Positions 40,685-56,228 are shown, counted from the stretch's first letter. The stretch is 64,000 bases of DNA from Eledone cirrhosa (GCA_964016885.1 OZ024754.1:13578001-13642000); one strand, 5' to 3'. The notes: generated by a model from the sequence alone, not told the origin. Translations and numbers: made by a program.

Positions 40685-41570
40685 AAGGGCGATGGATTAA
40701 CAGTGTCGGAAGAGCGTCGGACAACATGTTTGTGGTGTATTGTTACGGCATTAAGTTCTGAGTTCAAATCCCGCGAAGGTTAGCTTTGCCTTTCATCCTT
40801 ATGGGGTCGATAAATTAAAGTATCAGAAACACACTGGGGTCGATTTAATTGATTTCTCTCCTCCTCCTCCCAACCCAAACTGATGGCATTGTACCTAAAT
40901 CATGAGGTTAACTTTGCCTTACATCTTTACGTGGCGATGAAATAAAGTACCAGTAATGCACTGAGGTAATTGCTGGTTTTGTGCCAAAAGTAGAAACAAT
41001 TGTTATCAGGGCGGTAGATTAGTAGTATCGGTAGAGGGTCTGACGCCATGCTTTCCAGCATAGTTACGTCCCTTTACGGTCTGAGTTCAAATCCCATCGA
41101 GGTTGACTTTGCCTTTCATCCTTACGGGGTCGATAAAATAAAGTACCAGTAATGCACTGGGTATTTGCTGGCCTTGTGCCAAAAGTAGAAACAATTATTA
41201 TCAAGGGTGGTAGATTGGCGGCTTAACGCACTGGGGGTCGATTTAATTGACTCTTCCCTTCCCTCCAACTTGCTGGCCTTGTGCCTAAATCAGGAACCAT
41301 TTGGATTGGCAGTATCGGTAGAGGGTCGGACGCCATGCTTTCCAGCATAGTTACGTCCCTTTACGATCTGAGTTCAAATCCCGCCGAGGTTGACTTTGCC
41401 TTTCATCCTTACGGGGTCGATAAAATAAAGTACCAGTAATGCACTGGGTATTTGCTGGCCTTGTGCCTAAAGTAGAAACAATTATTATCAAGAGCGGTGG
41501 ATTGGCAGCCTAACACACTGAGGTCGATTTAATTGACTTCTCCCATCCTCTAAAACTCGTTGGCCTTATA
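40685..41570 (+). mobile_element. Head-to-tail cluster of family-1 SINE copies and fragments
   Basis: At least four SINE cores in series. Confidence 0.88.
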
Positions 41571-42099
41571 TAAAATATCGGCTGTACTTACTAACTCACT
41601 GACTCAATCTCATCTTAAAAAATCAGACGTTGCTTTGTAGAAGTCTTAAATCAATTTAGTACACATTGACTAATTGTATTGTAGGATAAAAATGAAGGAA
41701 AAGAAACAGAAAATACCTTTATTATATATTTTTCTTTCTTTTTTATTTACATTCTTTCTTTTTTATTTCTTATTTACATTCTTTCTTTTTTTATTTACAT
41801 TTAAACTGGCGTTTTGTATGTGTATTTCTGTTGTTTTTTAGTTGTTGTTGTTGGAGGTTTTTTGGAGGGGGTTGAGTGGTTGTTTTAGTTTTAGTTTTAA
41901 ATTTTTGTCATCATTAATCGGTAGAAGAAGAAAAAAATAACGAACACAGAAAATGTTATAAGGGAGTGCCGGTTAATAAAGACCAGAAATCGACAAAAAC
42001 CGGATCAAACAGACGAGAGAAAAATACATTAAAATATACTTGTAAAAACACTAATGTCTGATTCTCTTCTATCAATGTTTAGCTTGCCCAAAGAACACT

Positions 42100-44340
<2,241 letters not shown>

Positions 44341-44793
44341 CAAATAAAACGACTGAATATGATTTTTTTTCCCACAAATATAAAGAATGATAGCAAGTAT
44401 GTTTATTTAATGAAAAGAAGATTTTCCAATTAAATTTTCTTCAGAACTGAATTAATAGTAATATGAATTCATTTAAAAAATAAAAGAATCAGAGTGCTAA
44501 GAATAATAGCAAAAAGATATTTGCTGCGATAATAATAAAAGGCTACCAACAACAACAACAATAATTATTATTATTATTTGTATTATTGTTCTTGCTGAAA
44601 TAGGAGCTATTGTAATTATTGTTATGTGGTATTATCAGTAATACAATAACCTATTTAGATATTGCTAACAACGAAGATGAGAATGTTTATAGAGAGGTAT
44701 TCATTAAAGTCACACATTCTTGAGTTGATATGAACCAACTCATACGTACGAGTCTGGGCATAGATTCACATTTCTTGTCTCTCTTGCTCTCAC

Positions 44794-44872
<79 letters not shown>

Positions 44873-44905
44873 CATATATATGTATATACATATATATGTA
44901 TATAC

Positions 44906-44936
<31 letters not shown>

Positions 44937-44937
<1 letters not shown>

Positions 44938-45558
44938 TGGAAAATGTGTGTAATCCTTGGTACAGTTAGGTATATTAAGACAGGGGGGAAGAAAAAATGG
45001 CTTCACTTGTGCTTTGGGATGGACGTAGAAAAATTCTTCAGGAAAAAAAGAAAAAAATAATTATTCACAAACTTGACAGGTGCGATTTGCCTGTGACCAT
45101 TCTCAACACAAAAGCAATACTAAAAGCTTTTTCCCCCTGAATAAAGGAATTTTTCGAGAATGACCGGGGCAGGCCGCACTTGCTACATTTCTCCCCACCC
45201 AACCCTACTCACCGTCTCAACTCATTACTGCTATGAACACTATTTCAACACACCTACACCCATGCACTTATTAAAGGGGGAGAAAAGAAACCCCCACCAC
45301 ACCACAGACATGTTAAATCCCTATATATAGAACAACACACCACATACACATCAGTTTGACAAGCGCACCTCAGCGTGAAAGGTCTTTCTAAAAACGAAAC
45401 AATACCTCCTACGTTAACTAAGAACTCCTAAGACCTAACCAACAACCAACAACTTAATTTATGAAATAATTTTTTTTAAGAAAAATTATTTTTGGATTTT
45501 GTGAAGAAAATAAATTTGTTGAAAGCACAAGGGAAGACATTTTTTCTTCCCCCCTGTC

Positions 45559-45565
<7 letters not shown>
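44937..45565. mobile_element. ~630-bp element with inverted termini between (TA)n tracts (same family as 9851-10138); PLE-like
   Basis: Left terminus carries the 34-bp extension plus arm; right terminus is the inverted arm. Confidence 0.75.
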
Positions 45566-45634
<69 letters not shown>

Positions 45635-45635
<1 letters not shown>

Positions 45636-45822
45636 CGAGGGAAAAGTGGTAAGGAACCAGGTGGACTATAACGCACCAAAGTACTCAATACTTAGGGTAG
45701 TAGAGTGGGTAATAGGAGTAAGTAAGACCCCGACGGCTGAGCTCAAGCCGTTTCGACGGCTAATTCTGTACAGAATTAGCCGTCGAAACGACTTGAGCTC
45801 AGCCGTCGGGGTCTTACTTACT

Positions 45823-45901
<79 letters not shown>

Positions 45902-46040
45902 CGAAGGAAATGTGGTAAGGAATCAGGTGGACCATAACGCACCAAAGTACTCAATACTTAGGGTAGTAGAGTGGGTAATAGGAACGAGTAGGACCCCGAC
46001 GGCTGAGCTCAAGCCGTTTCGACGGCTAATTCTGAACTAA
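45635..46040. mobile_element. Two family-B copies; first ends in a loopless 116-bp palindrome (45712-45827)
   Basis: Centre CTGTACAG; 58-bp arms with one mismatch. Confidence 0.85.
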
Positions 46041-46080
46041 TATATATATAAGTAGTTCCACAACAGTTAATTCACCATTT

Positions 46081-46122
46081 CCGAGAACAATTTGTTTCAC
46101 CTCAGACGGATCATCAGCTCGG
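46081..46122 (-). ncRNA. Minimal hammerhead ribozyme motif
   Basis: Minus strand: CCGAG-CTGATGA-TCCGTCTGAGGT-GAAA-CAAATTG-TT-CTCGG; perfect 5-bp helix I. Confidence 0.6.
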
Positions 46123-46737
46123 TTTAAATGCGATAATATGGAAAAGAAAAGCAATTACACAAATAGACATGCGCAGAAGATAGTCTCAAGTGAGAGACAA
46201 CTCACGTTAGATCGATGCAAAGGGAAGCAACTGCTAAAGATCAGAATACGATAGATTATTCAAGATATTCGGTCTACGGGTGTTACGTCCGATAGTCAGC
46301 CTGGAGCTTTAAAATTACGCAATAGATGTTTCGAAACGTGGGGACAACGTGAGTAGAACTCGGATCTTGTGTTTAGACAAGCGCTATTATGCCATCTCCT
46401 CAGGATATTGATTATTTCTATTGCACAGCCCCTGCCGCAAAATTACTGGCCTTGTGCCTAAAATAGAAACAATTATTATTATAATGAGGAGGGCAGGGGA
46501 TAGGCAGTATTAGTAGAGCATCGGACATATTTTGTGGTAAAGAGTTACCACCCTTTACATTCTGCGTTCAAATTATACCGACATTAGCTTTGCTTTTCAT
46601 GCTTAAAGGGTCGAGAAAATAAAGTACCAATAACACAAATTGATGGGCTTGTGCCAAAAGTAGAAGCAATTATTTTTATCTTTTCTATATCGATCTTTCA
46701 GTTTTTTGACTTCATTAATGTTAGAACCATACAAATT

Positions 46738-47104
46738 GGAGAGGAACAATTTTCGGGTCCTTACTCTATCATTAGGGATGATGGGTTTACTGTGAGAAAG
46801 GTGGATGTGTATGGAGGGGGGGGGGAGATGTGGTGGATTTATGTTGCATACATCCTGAGTGTCAGAGCATGTCTCTGTGTGTATGTTTGTATCTATGTAT
46901 GTATATATATATATATATCTGTGTGTATGTTTTTATCTATGTATGTATACATACATGGATACAAACATACACACAGAGACATGCTCTGACACTCAGGATG
47001 TATGCAACATAAATCCACCACATCTCCCTCCCTACACAACCCCCTTTCTCACAGTAAACCCATCATCCCTAATGATAGAGTAAGGGCCCGAAAATTGTTC
47101 CTCT

Positions 47105-47106
<2 letters not shown>
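46738..47106. mobile_element. Fold-back element (~165-bp arms) ending at (TA)n
   Basis: 46738-46905 mirrored at 46946-47106. Confidence 0.85.
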
Positions 47107-47199
<93 letters not shown>

Positions 47200-48145
47200 A
47201 TGTATATATATGTATATATACATATATATATATGTATATATATGTATATATATGTATATATACATACATATATATATATGTATATATATGTATATATATG
47301 TATATACATGTATGTAAATATATATATGTGTGTGTGTGTGTGTGTATATATGCATGCGTACGAGCTCATATTTGTGTATGAGTACTACAAATAATATACG
47401 CTAGAGGTATATGTGTGTGTGTGTGTGTGTCTATTTGTTCGTGTATGCACGTGTTTGTGATTGTGACGTTGATCTACGTATGTGTATATGTGTGTGTATC
47501 TCATTGGTTGCACAGAATATCATATGGGTTTTCACTGAAAAATTCCGTTCACTTTGAGGTAAAACGATATAATCAACGTTACTTACCAAGACCCTTTAGA
47601 AACAATTGTATAAAAATGCAATCATTCTTTTATAAGGGTCAGGGGTTTTCTATATTTTACAATGTTCTTTTTTTATTTTTGGTTTTTTTACTTTTTTATT
47701 TAATGTTTTTGTTTACATTTGTTTATTACTTTATAATTTAGTATATTTATTTATTTTGTTTATATTTCATTCAATTCTTCTCTTGACTACTCCTTTAAGG
47801 AAACGAAGTTATTATCTTAAGTGAACTTACTCCAAGATGGAGGTTAGAGCCTAAGAAACAAGATAGCAACAGACGACCAAACAATGAATCATTTTCTCAT
47901 CTTTTCTCGTTTTTTCTTTTTTATTTACTTCCGTTAAAATTACTATATTTTTTCGTATTTTTCTGAGTACGTTTGGTGTGTGCTTTTTTTTATTTTACTG
48001 AAATTAAATTTACATTTCGTTGGAGCTATTTGTTATTATTGCTGTTGTTGATGTAGTTGTTTTATCCATGTAAAGGAGACGTATTGCAAGAAGAAGAAGA
48101 AGAAGAAGAAGAAGAAGAAAAAAGAGAAAGGAAATGAAGAAGAAG

Positions 48146-48177
<32 letters not shown>

Positions 48178-48477
48178 GAAGAAGAAGTAGAAGAAGAAGA
48201 GGAAGAAGAAGAAGAAGACCAAGCTGGTAAGAAGTTGGAAAGTACTATATCTAGAACGAAATCAAGAAGATATCTTAGATGTAATTCTAGAAATATTTTT
48301 CAAGTTATAAAATATCAGATATCGTAAAGCAATCCTTCTATTTGAAATGTGGGCCGAGATGGCTCAACCTAGCAACATTGATTAGTTTCTTTGAGCTATG
48401 AATGGTGACAACATGAAAGAAAAACGGTGAAAGAAATAGTTAGTATCTGCAACAACATATAGGCACACACTACACAA

Positions 48478-48561
<84 letters not shown>

Positions 48562-48606
48562 TAATAATAAATGTGAAGACTAAAATCTGAAGAGGGCTCA
48601 ATAAGG

Positions 48607-48640
<34 letters not shown>

Positions 48641-48789
48641 AACGACTTTTTTTAGCCGTTGCTCGCACCAACCGGAGGTATATGGTCTTTAAAGCGATGA
48701 AATACCTATGATAGTTGGAAGATCACTGATGAAGGACAAACTTTTTTCATATGTAACCCATTTGCAACTCCGCAGCGCCCTTATTATCA

Positions 48790-48841
<52 letters not shown>

Positions 48842-48882
48842 CGAAACATAAGTCAATTGCATGAACTCATAATCCTTTATTT

Positions 48883-48938
48883 ACTGCTATATATATTTCG
48901 ATGATACCCTTTGAATGGCTATGACCTCATCAGGCAGT
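48883..48938 (-). ncRNA. Minimal hammerhead ribozyme motif
   Basis: Minus strand: ACTGC-CTGATGA-GGTCATAGCC ATTCAAA GGGTATCATC-GAAA-TATATA-TA-GCAGT, in a ~160-bp insert between (TA)n tracts. Confidence 0.7.
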
Positions 48939-49001
48939 TAGTCAGTTCTTAGATATGCCAGCTCTGTGTTTATAGTGTTGATGGTATCAGAGCCTTGAGA
49001 C

Positions 49002-49050
<49 letters not shown>

Positions 49051-49584
49051 TAAATTCAGCGAGAATCGTTACACATATATATATATTCCGTTTTCCCAAT
49101 AACTTATCCAGTTATTGACGCCCTTCCCCCCCCCCCTCGCCTGGCCCTCTAGCAGTTCTTTTCTCACTTACAACTGCGGCGATCAGACGTGTGTCTCTCT
49201 TCTTCCTCTCGACCACTCAGTCTTGAACTTAAGTTCTCTTATCGAGCGGTCTTGGATTTCCTTACCTATAGTTGCTCGCATATTGCTCGGTTTGTTGGTT
49301 TTTTCGCTGTTTTTTCACTTTTCTTTTTTCTTCCCTTTTGCTTCCCACCCCCTCCTCCGTTTTCCCAATAACTTACCCAGTTATTGACGCACTGGGGTGA
49401 GATATCTTTCTTTAAAGCGTAGAAATATCCGAGACTCCCAGTAGACAACTGATGAGGAAAACTCCCCCCCCCCCCCGTTCTTGCTTTCTTCGTATCCCAC
49501 TGCATTTTAAGTTACCATAAATAGCAACTACACAGCTAATTCTATTCTCCATATATATATAGATATAGATATAGATATATATAT

Positions 49585-49775
49585 AATTGTTTCTACTTTT
49601 TGGTACAAGGCCAGCAATTACCCAGTGCATTACTGGTACTTTATTTTATCGACCCCGTAAGGATGAAAGGCAAAGTTAACCTCGGCGGGATTTGAACTCA
49701 GAATGGCAAGGGCCATAACTCTATGCGTCAAAGCATGGCGTCCGACCCTCTACCAATACTGCCAATCCACCGCCA
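49585..49775 (-). mobile_element. Family-1 SINE
   Basis: Reverse complement of the SINE consensus. Confidence 0.9.
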
Positions 49776-50208
49776 TTACAATAGATATATATATAATAGA
49801 TATATAGATATATAGATATATATATATAGATAGATATAGATATACAAATATATATATATATATATATATATACAAATGTAATACGAACTTGCGCGAAATT
49901 TATTTTACTAATTCAGGTGACAATCATTAACCAACCAAATTATTTTTTTCTTTTAAACCTAGCAATACGAGCTACTATTTTCCATATAAAACAGATGTAA
50001 CATTCGAACACCAACCAGATGCGAGAAAAACCACAAACCCACCATCTCAATTTTACTTTTGAAAAGCTCAAGAACTGTGAAACCGGTAAAGGAAAGAAAT
50101 AAATATTCTTAAAAAGACGTCAGTTGTATTTTCGATTTCTTTTCCTTATACTTTCACTCGTGTAGGACATCTCTTTTTTTTTTATTTAAAAAAAAAAAAC
50201 ATTTTCTT

Positions 50209-50301
<93 letters not shown>

Positions 50302-50509
50302 TCAGAGCAGTTCGGATCCAACTGTCGAAACGCCCGGAGCTCAGCCACCGGTGTCCTGGCCCTTTACCTATTACCCACTCTACTACCCTAATTATTAAGT
50401 ATTCTGGTGCGTTAGGGTCCACCTGGTTTCTTACCACACCCTCTTTGTTATATGTATATATATATATAAATGTGATCTAAGTTTTTCGAATCTAAACTAT
50501 AATAAAGAA

Positions 50510-53153
50510 ACCACCTGCGGCTGGCCAGCTCAGCGCCTATGGTGGTGAGTAAGGAGGTAGCCCTGGGGCCGAGGACACCAGAAGTCTCCACTGACAGGGG
50601 TACGACCGCAAACCTGTCGGAGAACGACCGGTATTTGAGGATTTGGGTCCCCTCAGCCCGACGTGCAGCAGAACCTGAGTCAGCCGCAGACTGCACCAGG
50701 TTGCGGCTGCAGAAAGTGTCGGTGCAAGTGGCATCCCAGACGAGGGGTTCGCCACCGCGGAACGGGAAGATGGTCATGCCATCTGGACTTTTGCCGTCTC
50801 CTCGATCCAGCCCCACCGGCTGGAGCTGGGAAGGGAAGTCTGCAGCGTCCAAGCCATGATTAATGACCTCGTTGAGGGCAGCATGGCGTGGAATGCGGCC
50901 GGCACCGTGGCGACAGGAAAGCGGGTGGAGCCCGAAAGAGTTCACGGTGGAACCGCAGCGACATTGGTGTGGCTGGCAGATCCGGAGGCCGAGCCTCAGG
51001 GAAACACCGATGCGCAGGCTATGGTTGTCTAGCTGCGTGCCAGTGGAGAAGGAGGGCAGAGCATGGAGCCAGGCACCACTGTGGGTTTGGAGGCCGCACG
51101 AAAACAAGCAAGGTGGGCTGGTTGAGCTGGCGCGTGAGCCTGTCTGGGGCCAGGCTGCACTGGATGGCATCCCCAGTGCGTTGGGGGGACTTTAAGTCAA
51201 CAGGGGGAGAAGGACGAGGGAAGTCTTTTTGGTTAAGTCCCAGCCGGTCCCACGTCTCACAGGCAGCCTCACGTTCTCTGAACACAGAGGGTTCTGTTGT
51301 GTTTTAAAGAACCCTGCTGACGATGACTCGGCACGAGGTTACCAACGAAAGATACGCCGGCAAAGCTAGTGAGGTGGGGGACCGGAGGCCAAGGCCGCCA
51401 TACCTGACAGGTAAAGTAGCCTGTTGCCACCCTATGTCGTCAAACTTGACGTTGCATATCTCCTCGGCTGCTGCTCGGACACAAGTATCGAGGTCAGCGA
51501 GGAGAGATTTCTGGGTGTAGCACAGAGCGCTGCGGAGTGTATAGAGGAGCTTCGGCATGGGGAAACATTTCCTCAGCAGAAAGAGAGCTGGGTGGCCGTC
51601 AATCAAGCCCAGTCGTCTCGTGAGACCCTGGAGCTGTTGAAGCCTGGACCTGATGGTGGAGCGGATGGCCGGCGGCTGGATCGGTGACCTCAGGATGAGG
51701 ACATCCTCTTTGGGGGCCACCTAAACCTGCGGAGAATGGACCGCACGTTTAAGACGGAGGCTGCAAAGCTCGCAGCATCGAGGCTGACATTCACCACCTG
51801 CGACTTGGCTGAGTTGACCTGGAGGCCGATTCCCGCCAGGGCAGGAACCACCGATTGAAAGTCATGGCAGACCGTCCGTACGGGCCCGCCCAAAATAGCA
51901 TCATCCAGATACCAAACGTTGAGATGGGCCGTGATACTCCGGGCGATGTGGTCAATACCAAGAGCGAACAGAAGGGGTCACAAAGGATCGCCCTCTTGGA
52001 CCCCAGTAGCCGAGGGTATGACCGTATCAGCAGCAAGGAACATGCTCGGGGATCCATTTCGACAGGTAGGCCAGCGGGTAGGTAGAGGGGGCACGGCTGA
52101 GGCAGGCCTCGAGCAGATGATCCCGGCGTAAAGGGTTGAAGGCATTCCTGAAGGCGGCGCCCGGCCTCAGCGGAGAGGGAGGATATCAACTCCTTGAGGT
52201 GGCCTGGTCGGACACCATCAAGACCTCCGCAGCTGCTAGCTGAGAAGGACCTGATGGCGGACATGATGTCTGCATTAGAAGCCACAAGGAGCAAGTGGGA
52301 GTCGGGTGGGGGTATGGGTCTGGGATCAGTGGGCGACTCAGGGTGTTTGAGTCGCAGAGCAGCCAGGACCTCGTCGCTGGGTTGGAGGACAGTGTCCTCT
52401 GAGGCAACAACTCTGACTGCGGCCGGGACATCACCCAGGATAAGCTTGGCGTTTACCTGGTCACGCAAACGCTTGGCGCTGGCCTCGGGGGTGGAGGATA
52501 GGGTGTACCTGAGGGTGGGGTGTGTGGCGTCCCTGCGCACGATTGGAAAGGGGGCTCGCCCAAAGGACGAGACATTGGCCTTGGCGAAGGCTGCTGTTGA
52601 CCGGCCGCCCCGGTCAGCGCCAGAGCTGGGGAGGCCGAGGGCGAGTGGGGTGAAATAGAACAGCCGCTCCTAGTCACTGGCTCGATTGGAGTCCAGGGCG
52701 CTCTCAATCGAGGAAGCGAGGACATCGGCTACCGGCACCTGTGCCGCTCTCGGGATCCTGAGTGGGATCTTCCGGAGCCGCCTGAGCCGAGCGATGTTGA
52801 CCAGCGAGGCTTGGGCGCCAGGCAAGCTCGCTGTCCCAGCTGGTGGTGTGCCAGACGGCCGTGGCTGGGAAGACGTGGGGGAAGAGGCAGCTCCTGCACC
52901 TCCACGCTGCAAGGGAATTGGAAGCACGAGGAGTCAAGCCAATGCAGGTGAGGTGGTGGAAGCAGCCGCACCCCAAACAGTTCCGGCCCCTCTTCCGTTT
53001 GTTAGTGGTGCTGCAAGTGCTACAGGTGTCGGCTTGGAGGGATGGGGGATGGGGCGTGGGGCCGGGGACTGGGGCACTTAGCGGCATCAGGGGTGGGTGG
53101 CTGGCTTGTGTGGGTGGAAGGGAAAGTGCTGGTAAGAGGGCCTCATAGCTCAC
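50510..53153 (-). mobile_element. Decayed CRE-clade non-LTR retrotransposon (PHD finger, RT, CCHC, restriction-like endonuclease)
   Basis: RIPRAAQ, GGLDGVRPGHLKEL, GVQEGDP/WYLDD region, QATLPVRYGGLGLR, SGAWLHALP, CRCG..HPLSC..RHAALN, GKSPDG..LVWDATC. Confidence 0.85.
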
Positions 53154-53230
53154 CTATATATATAGAGGTGTCAGAAAACAAGAGAGAAAAGAAGGGGCTG
53201 CATGGAGGGGGCCACACAGGAAGGTAGAAT

Positions 53231-53408
53231 TGTTTCTACTTTAGGCATAAGGCCAGCAATTACCCAGTGCATTACTGGTACTTTATTTTATCGACCCCGT
53301 AAGGATGAAAGGCAAAGTCAACCTCGGCGGGATTTGAACTTAGATCGTAAAGGGACGTAACTATGCTGGAAAGCATGGCGTCCGACCCTCTACCGATACT
53401 GCCAATCC
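53231..53408 (-). mobile_element. Family-1 SINE with 9-bp TSD
   Basis: AGGTAGAAT at 53222-53230 and 53409-53417. Confidence 0.92.
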
Positions 53409-53452
53409 AGGTAGAATGTTAGTAAATGAATGAGTGAATGGATGAATGTACC

Positions 53453-53481
<29 letters not shown>

Positions 53482-53485
<4 letters not shown>

Positions 53486-53612
53486 ACTCCGTCGCTTACG
53501 ACGACGAGTGTTCCAGCTGATATGGTCAACGGACGGAACAGCTTGTTGGCGAAATTAACGTGTAGGTGACTGAGCAGTCCACAGACCAACGTATTCTTAA
53601 CGTAGTTCTCAT
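53482..53612 (-). mobile_element. Family-2 SINE 3' fragment
   Basis: Reverse complement resembles the GAGAACTACGTTAAG..CTCAG(C/T)CAC tail also seen near 24545 and 63950. Confidence 0.7.
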
Positions 53613-53751
53613 GACTTCCTACTTATTCTCTTCATCCTCATCCTTATCATTCTGATCATCCATCCCATTTTAAACAATGATGGTTTGACACAATTCTCAT
53701 TTCTTCTGTCTTCCCTTCTATTCAAACGTTACACAAAAATGTTTAGAAAGA

Positions 53752-53798
<47 letters not shown>

Positions 53799-53800
53799 TA

Positions 53801-53868
<68 letters not shown>

Positions 53869-54025
53869 AAAGTTTTATTTAAAATTGTTGGGTTACAACA
53901 AGTAAATATTTTATAACCGATATAAAGCACTCGACAAGTTTTGGGAGTGGACATACGATATTAAACAAATGGAAACTATATTTATGAAACCATATTTATA
54001 AAACCATATTTTTAAAACCATATTT

Positions 54026-54089
54026 ATTTCATTATACATATTTCAGGGATACCATATTAAAAATATGGCATGCCTTCGTCAGATAAAAT
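54026..54089 (-). ncRNA. Minimal hammerhead ribozyme motif (family A)
   Basis: Minus strand: ATTTTAT-CTGACGA-AGGCATGCCATATT TTT AATATGGTATCCCT-GAAA-TATGTA-TA-ATGAAAT. Confidence 0.7.
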
Positions 54090-54097
54090 ACAATATA

Positions 54098-54277
54098 TAA
54101 TTGTTTCTACTTTAGGCACAAGGCCAGCAATTACCCAGTGCATTACTGGTACTTTATTTTATCGACCCCGTAAGGATGAAAGGCAAAGTCAACCTCGGCG
54201 GGATTTGAACTCAGATCGTAAAGGGACCTAACCATGCTGAAAAGCATGGCGTCCGACCCTCTACCGATACTGCCAAT
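54098..54277 (-). mobile_element. Family-1 SINE between the inverted arms of a family-A element
   Basis: SINE consensus; flanking arms 53955-54033 and 54275-54325. Confidence 0.88.
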
Positions 54278-54364
54278 GAAATAAATATGGTTTTATAAAT
54301 ATAGTTTCCATTTGTTTAATATCGTATATATATATATATATATATAGACATATATATATGTGTG

Positions 54365-54571
<207 letters not shown>

Positions 54572-54642
54572 TGAGTTTCAGAAGATCCCGTTAAGGGTGA
54601 AAGCAGCGATTCTTTGCTTAAACTTTAATGTTATTTTAATAA

Positions 54643-54705
<63 letters not shown>

Positions 54706-54781
54706 TGTGTATATATATAGACATATATATATGTGTGTGTATATATATACACATATATATGTCTATATATATATAGACATA

Positions 54782-54847
<66 letters not shown>

Positions 54848-54851
54848 TATA

Positions 54852-54888
<37 letters not shown>

Positions 54889-55080
54889 GCATACATTCAT
54901 GCAATGCACATACATACATATATACATGCATATAAACTTTAATATGTTATTTTAATAAATATTTGCTCTACGGTTCTTATATATCTGATATATATTTATC
55001 CATATCGAGCCCTCTTTGGATTTTAGTCTTCAAATTTATTATTATTACTATATATTATTACTACAAATTTATTATTATTA

Positions 55081-55606
55081 CTCTGAGTTTTTCATCCTCG
55101 GTGTATACTGATTAATGTTCATAGCCATCCTCAGCATTCAGTGAGTTTCTTGGTCAGTGTCCAAGCCTCAGACCCGTACAGCAGTAGTGGAGTCTGTGCT
55201 GCTGTACGGGTCTGAGACTTGGACACTGACCAAGAAACTCACTCAGATGGTGGATGGGTGCTACACGAGAATGCTGAGGATGGCTCTGAACATTAATCAG
55301 TATACACTGAGGATGAAAAACTCAGAGCTGTATGGGATCCTCCCAAAAGTCAGCTCAAAAGTGACACAGAGGAGACTGAGGTGAGCTGGACATGCTCACC
55401 GACATCCAGAGTTGACATTGCACTCAGTGCTCCTGTGGGAGCCCTTATATGGACACACTGGAAGAGGAAGACCAGGGTTAACGTATGTTGATGCACTAAG
55501 GACAGACACTGGTCTGTTAGAGACACAGCACATGGCAGTGATAATGAGGGACAGAGACCGCTGGAGAGAACTCGTCCATGGATCTCGGGAATTTTACCCG
55601 CCCTAG
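55081..55606 (+). mobile_element. RTE-like LINE 3' fragment with 5' inverted segments
   Basis: VLLYGSETWTL..QRRLR; 55081-55183 is two inverted pieces of the same fragment. Confidence 0.85.
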
Positions 55607-56228
55607 AATATATATATTAATAATATTCATAAATGGAAAATATCTTTATAAAACCATATTTATTTTATTATACGTTTTTCAAGGGTACTAATATTTAAGT
55701 ACGCTTTCGTCAGATAAAATATAATATTTGGTGTAAAGATAGTGACATATCTTCGTGTGAACTTAATGGTATAAGTCCAGTGAAGATAGTGGATTAAAAG
55801 GTTCAAAAATCAAGGGATATAGGATAACGTTAAAACTGATAAAAGTCGTTAAGTTTAGACGCTTGATAAATTTTAAATACTTATTTAAATTTTTTATATA
55901 TGAGTTTGTTGTTATAGGTTGAAAAATTATTGTAGAGTTATTTTAGAGTTAGTTATAGAAATATACATATATACACCCAAAGATATATACATGGGTTTAG
56001 AAGGAATCACATAATTATACTTATTTATTTATTTATATATATTTTAAGAATATGGATGTATTTATAATATTTAGATGAGAATTATAATGTGCTGTATTAA
56101 ATTGTAAAACTATTACTTCGTTACAGTAATTACAATATAATATGTGAATGAATATACACTAGTGCATTTATTTTTTTGCATATATTTTAGTACAATGAAT
56201 GTAGTTATAAATATAATGTACTGTAAGT

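Noticed and set aside
50055-50100. Hammerhead remnant TTGAAAA..GTGAAACCGGTA
   Set aside because: Core too degenerate to call as a ribozyme
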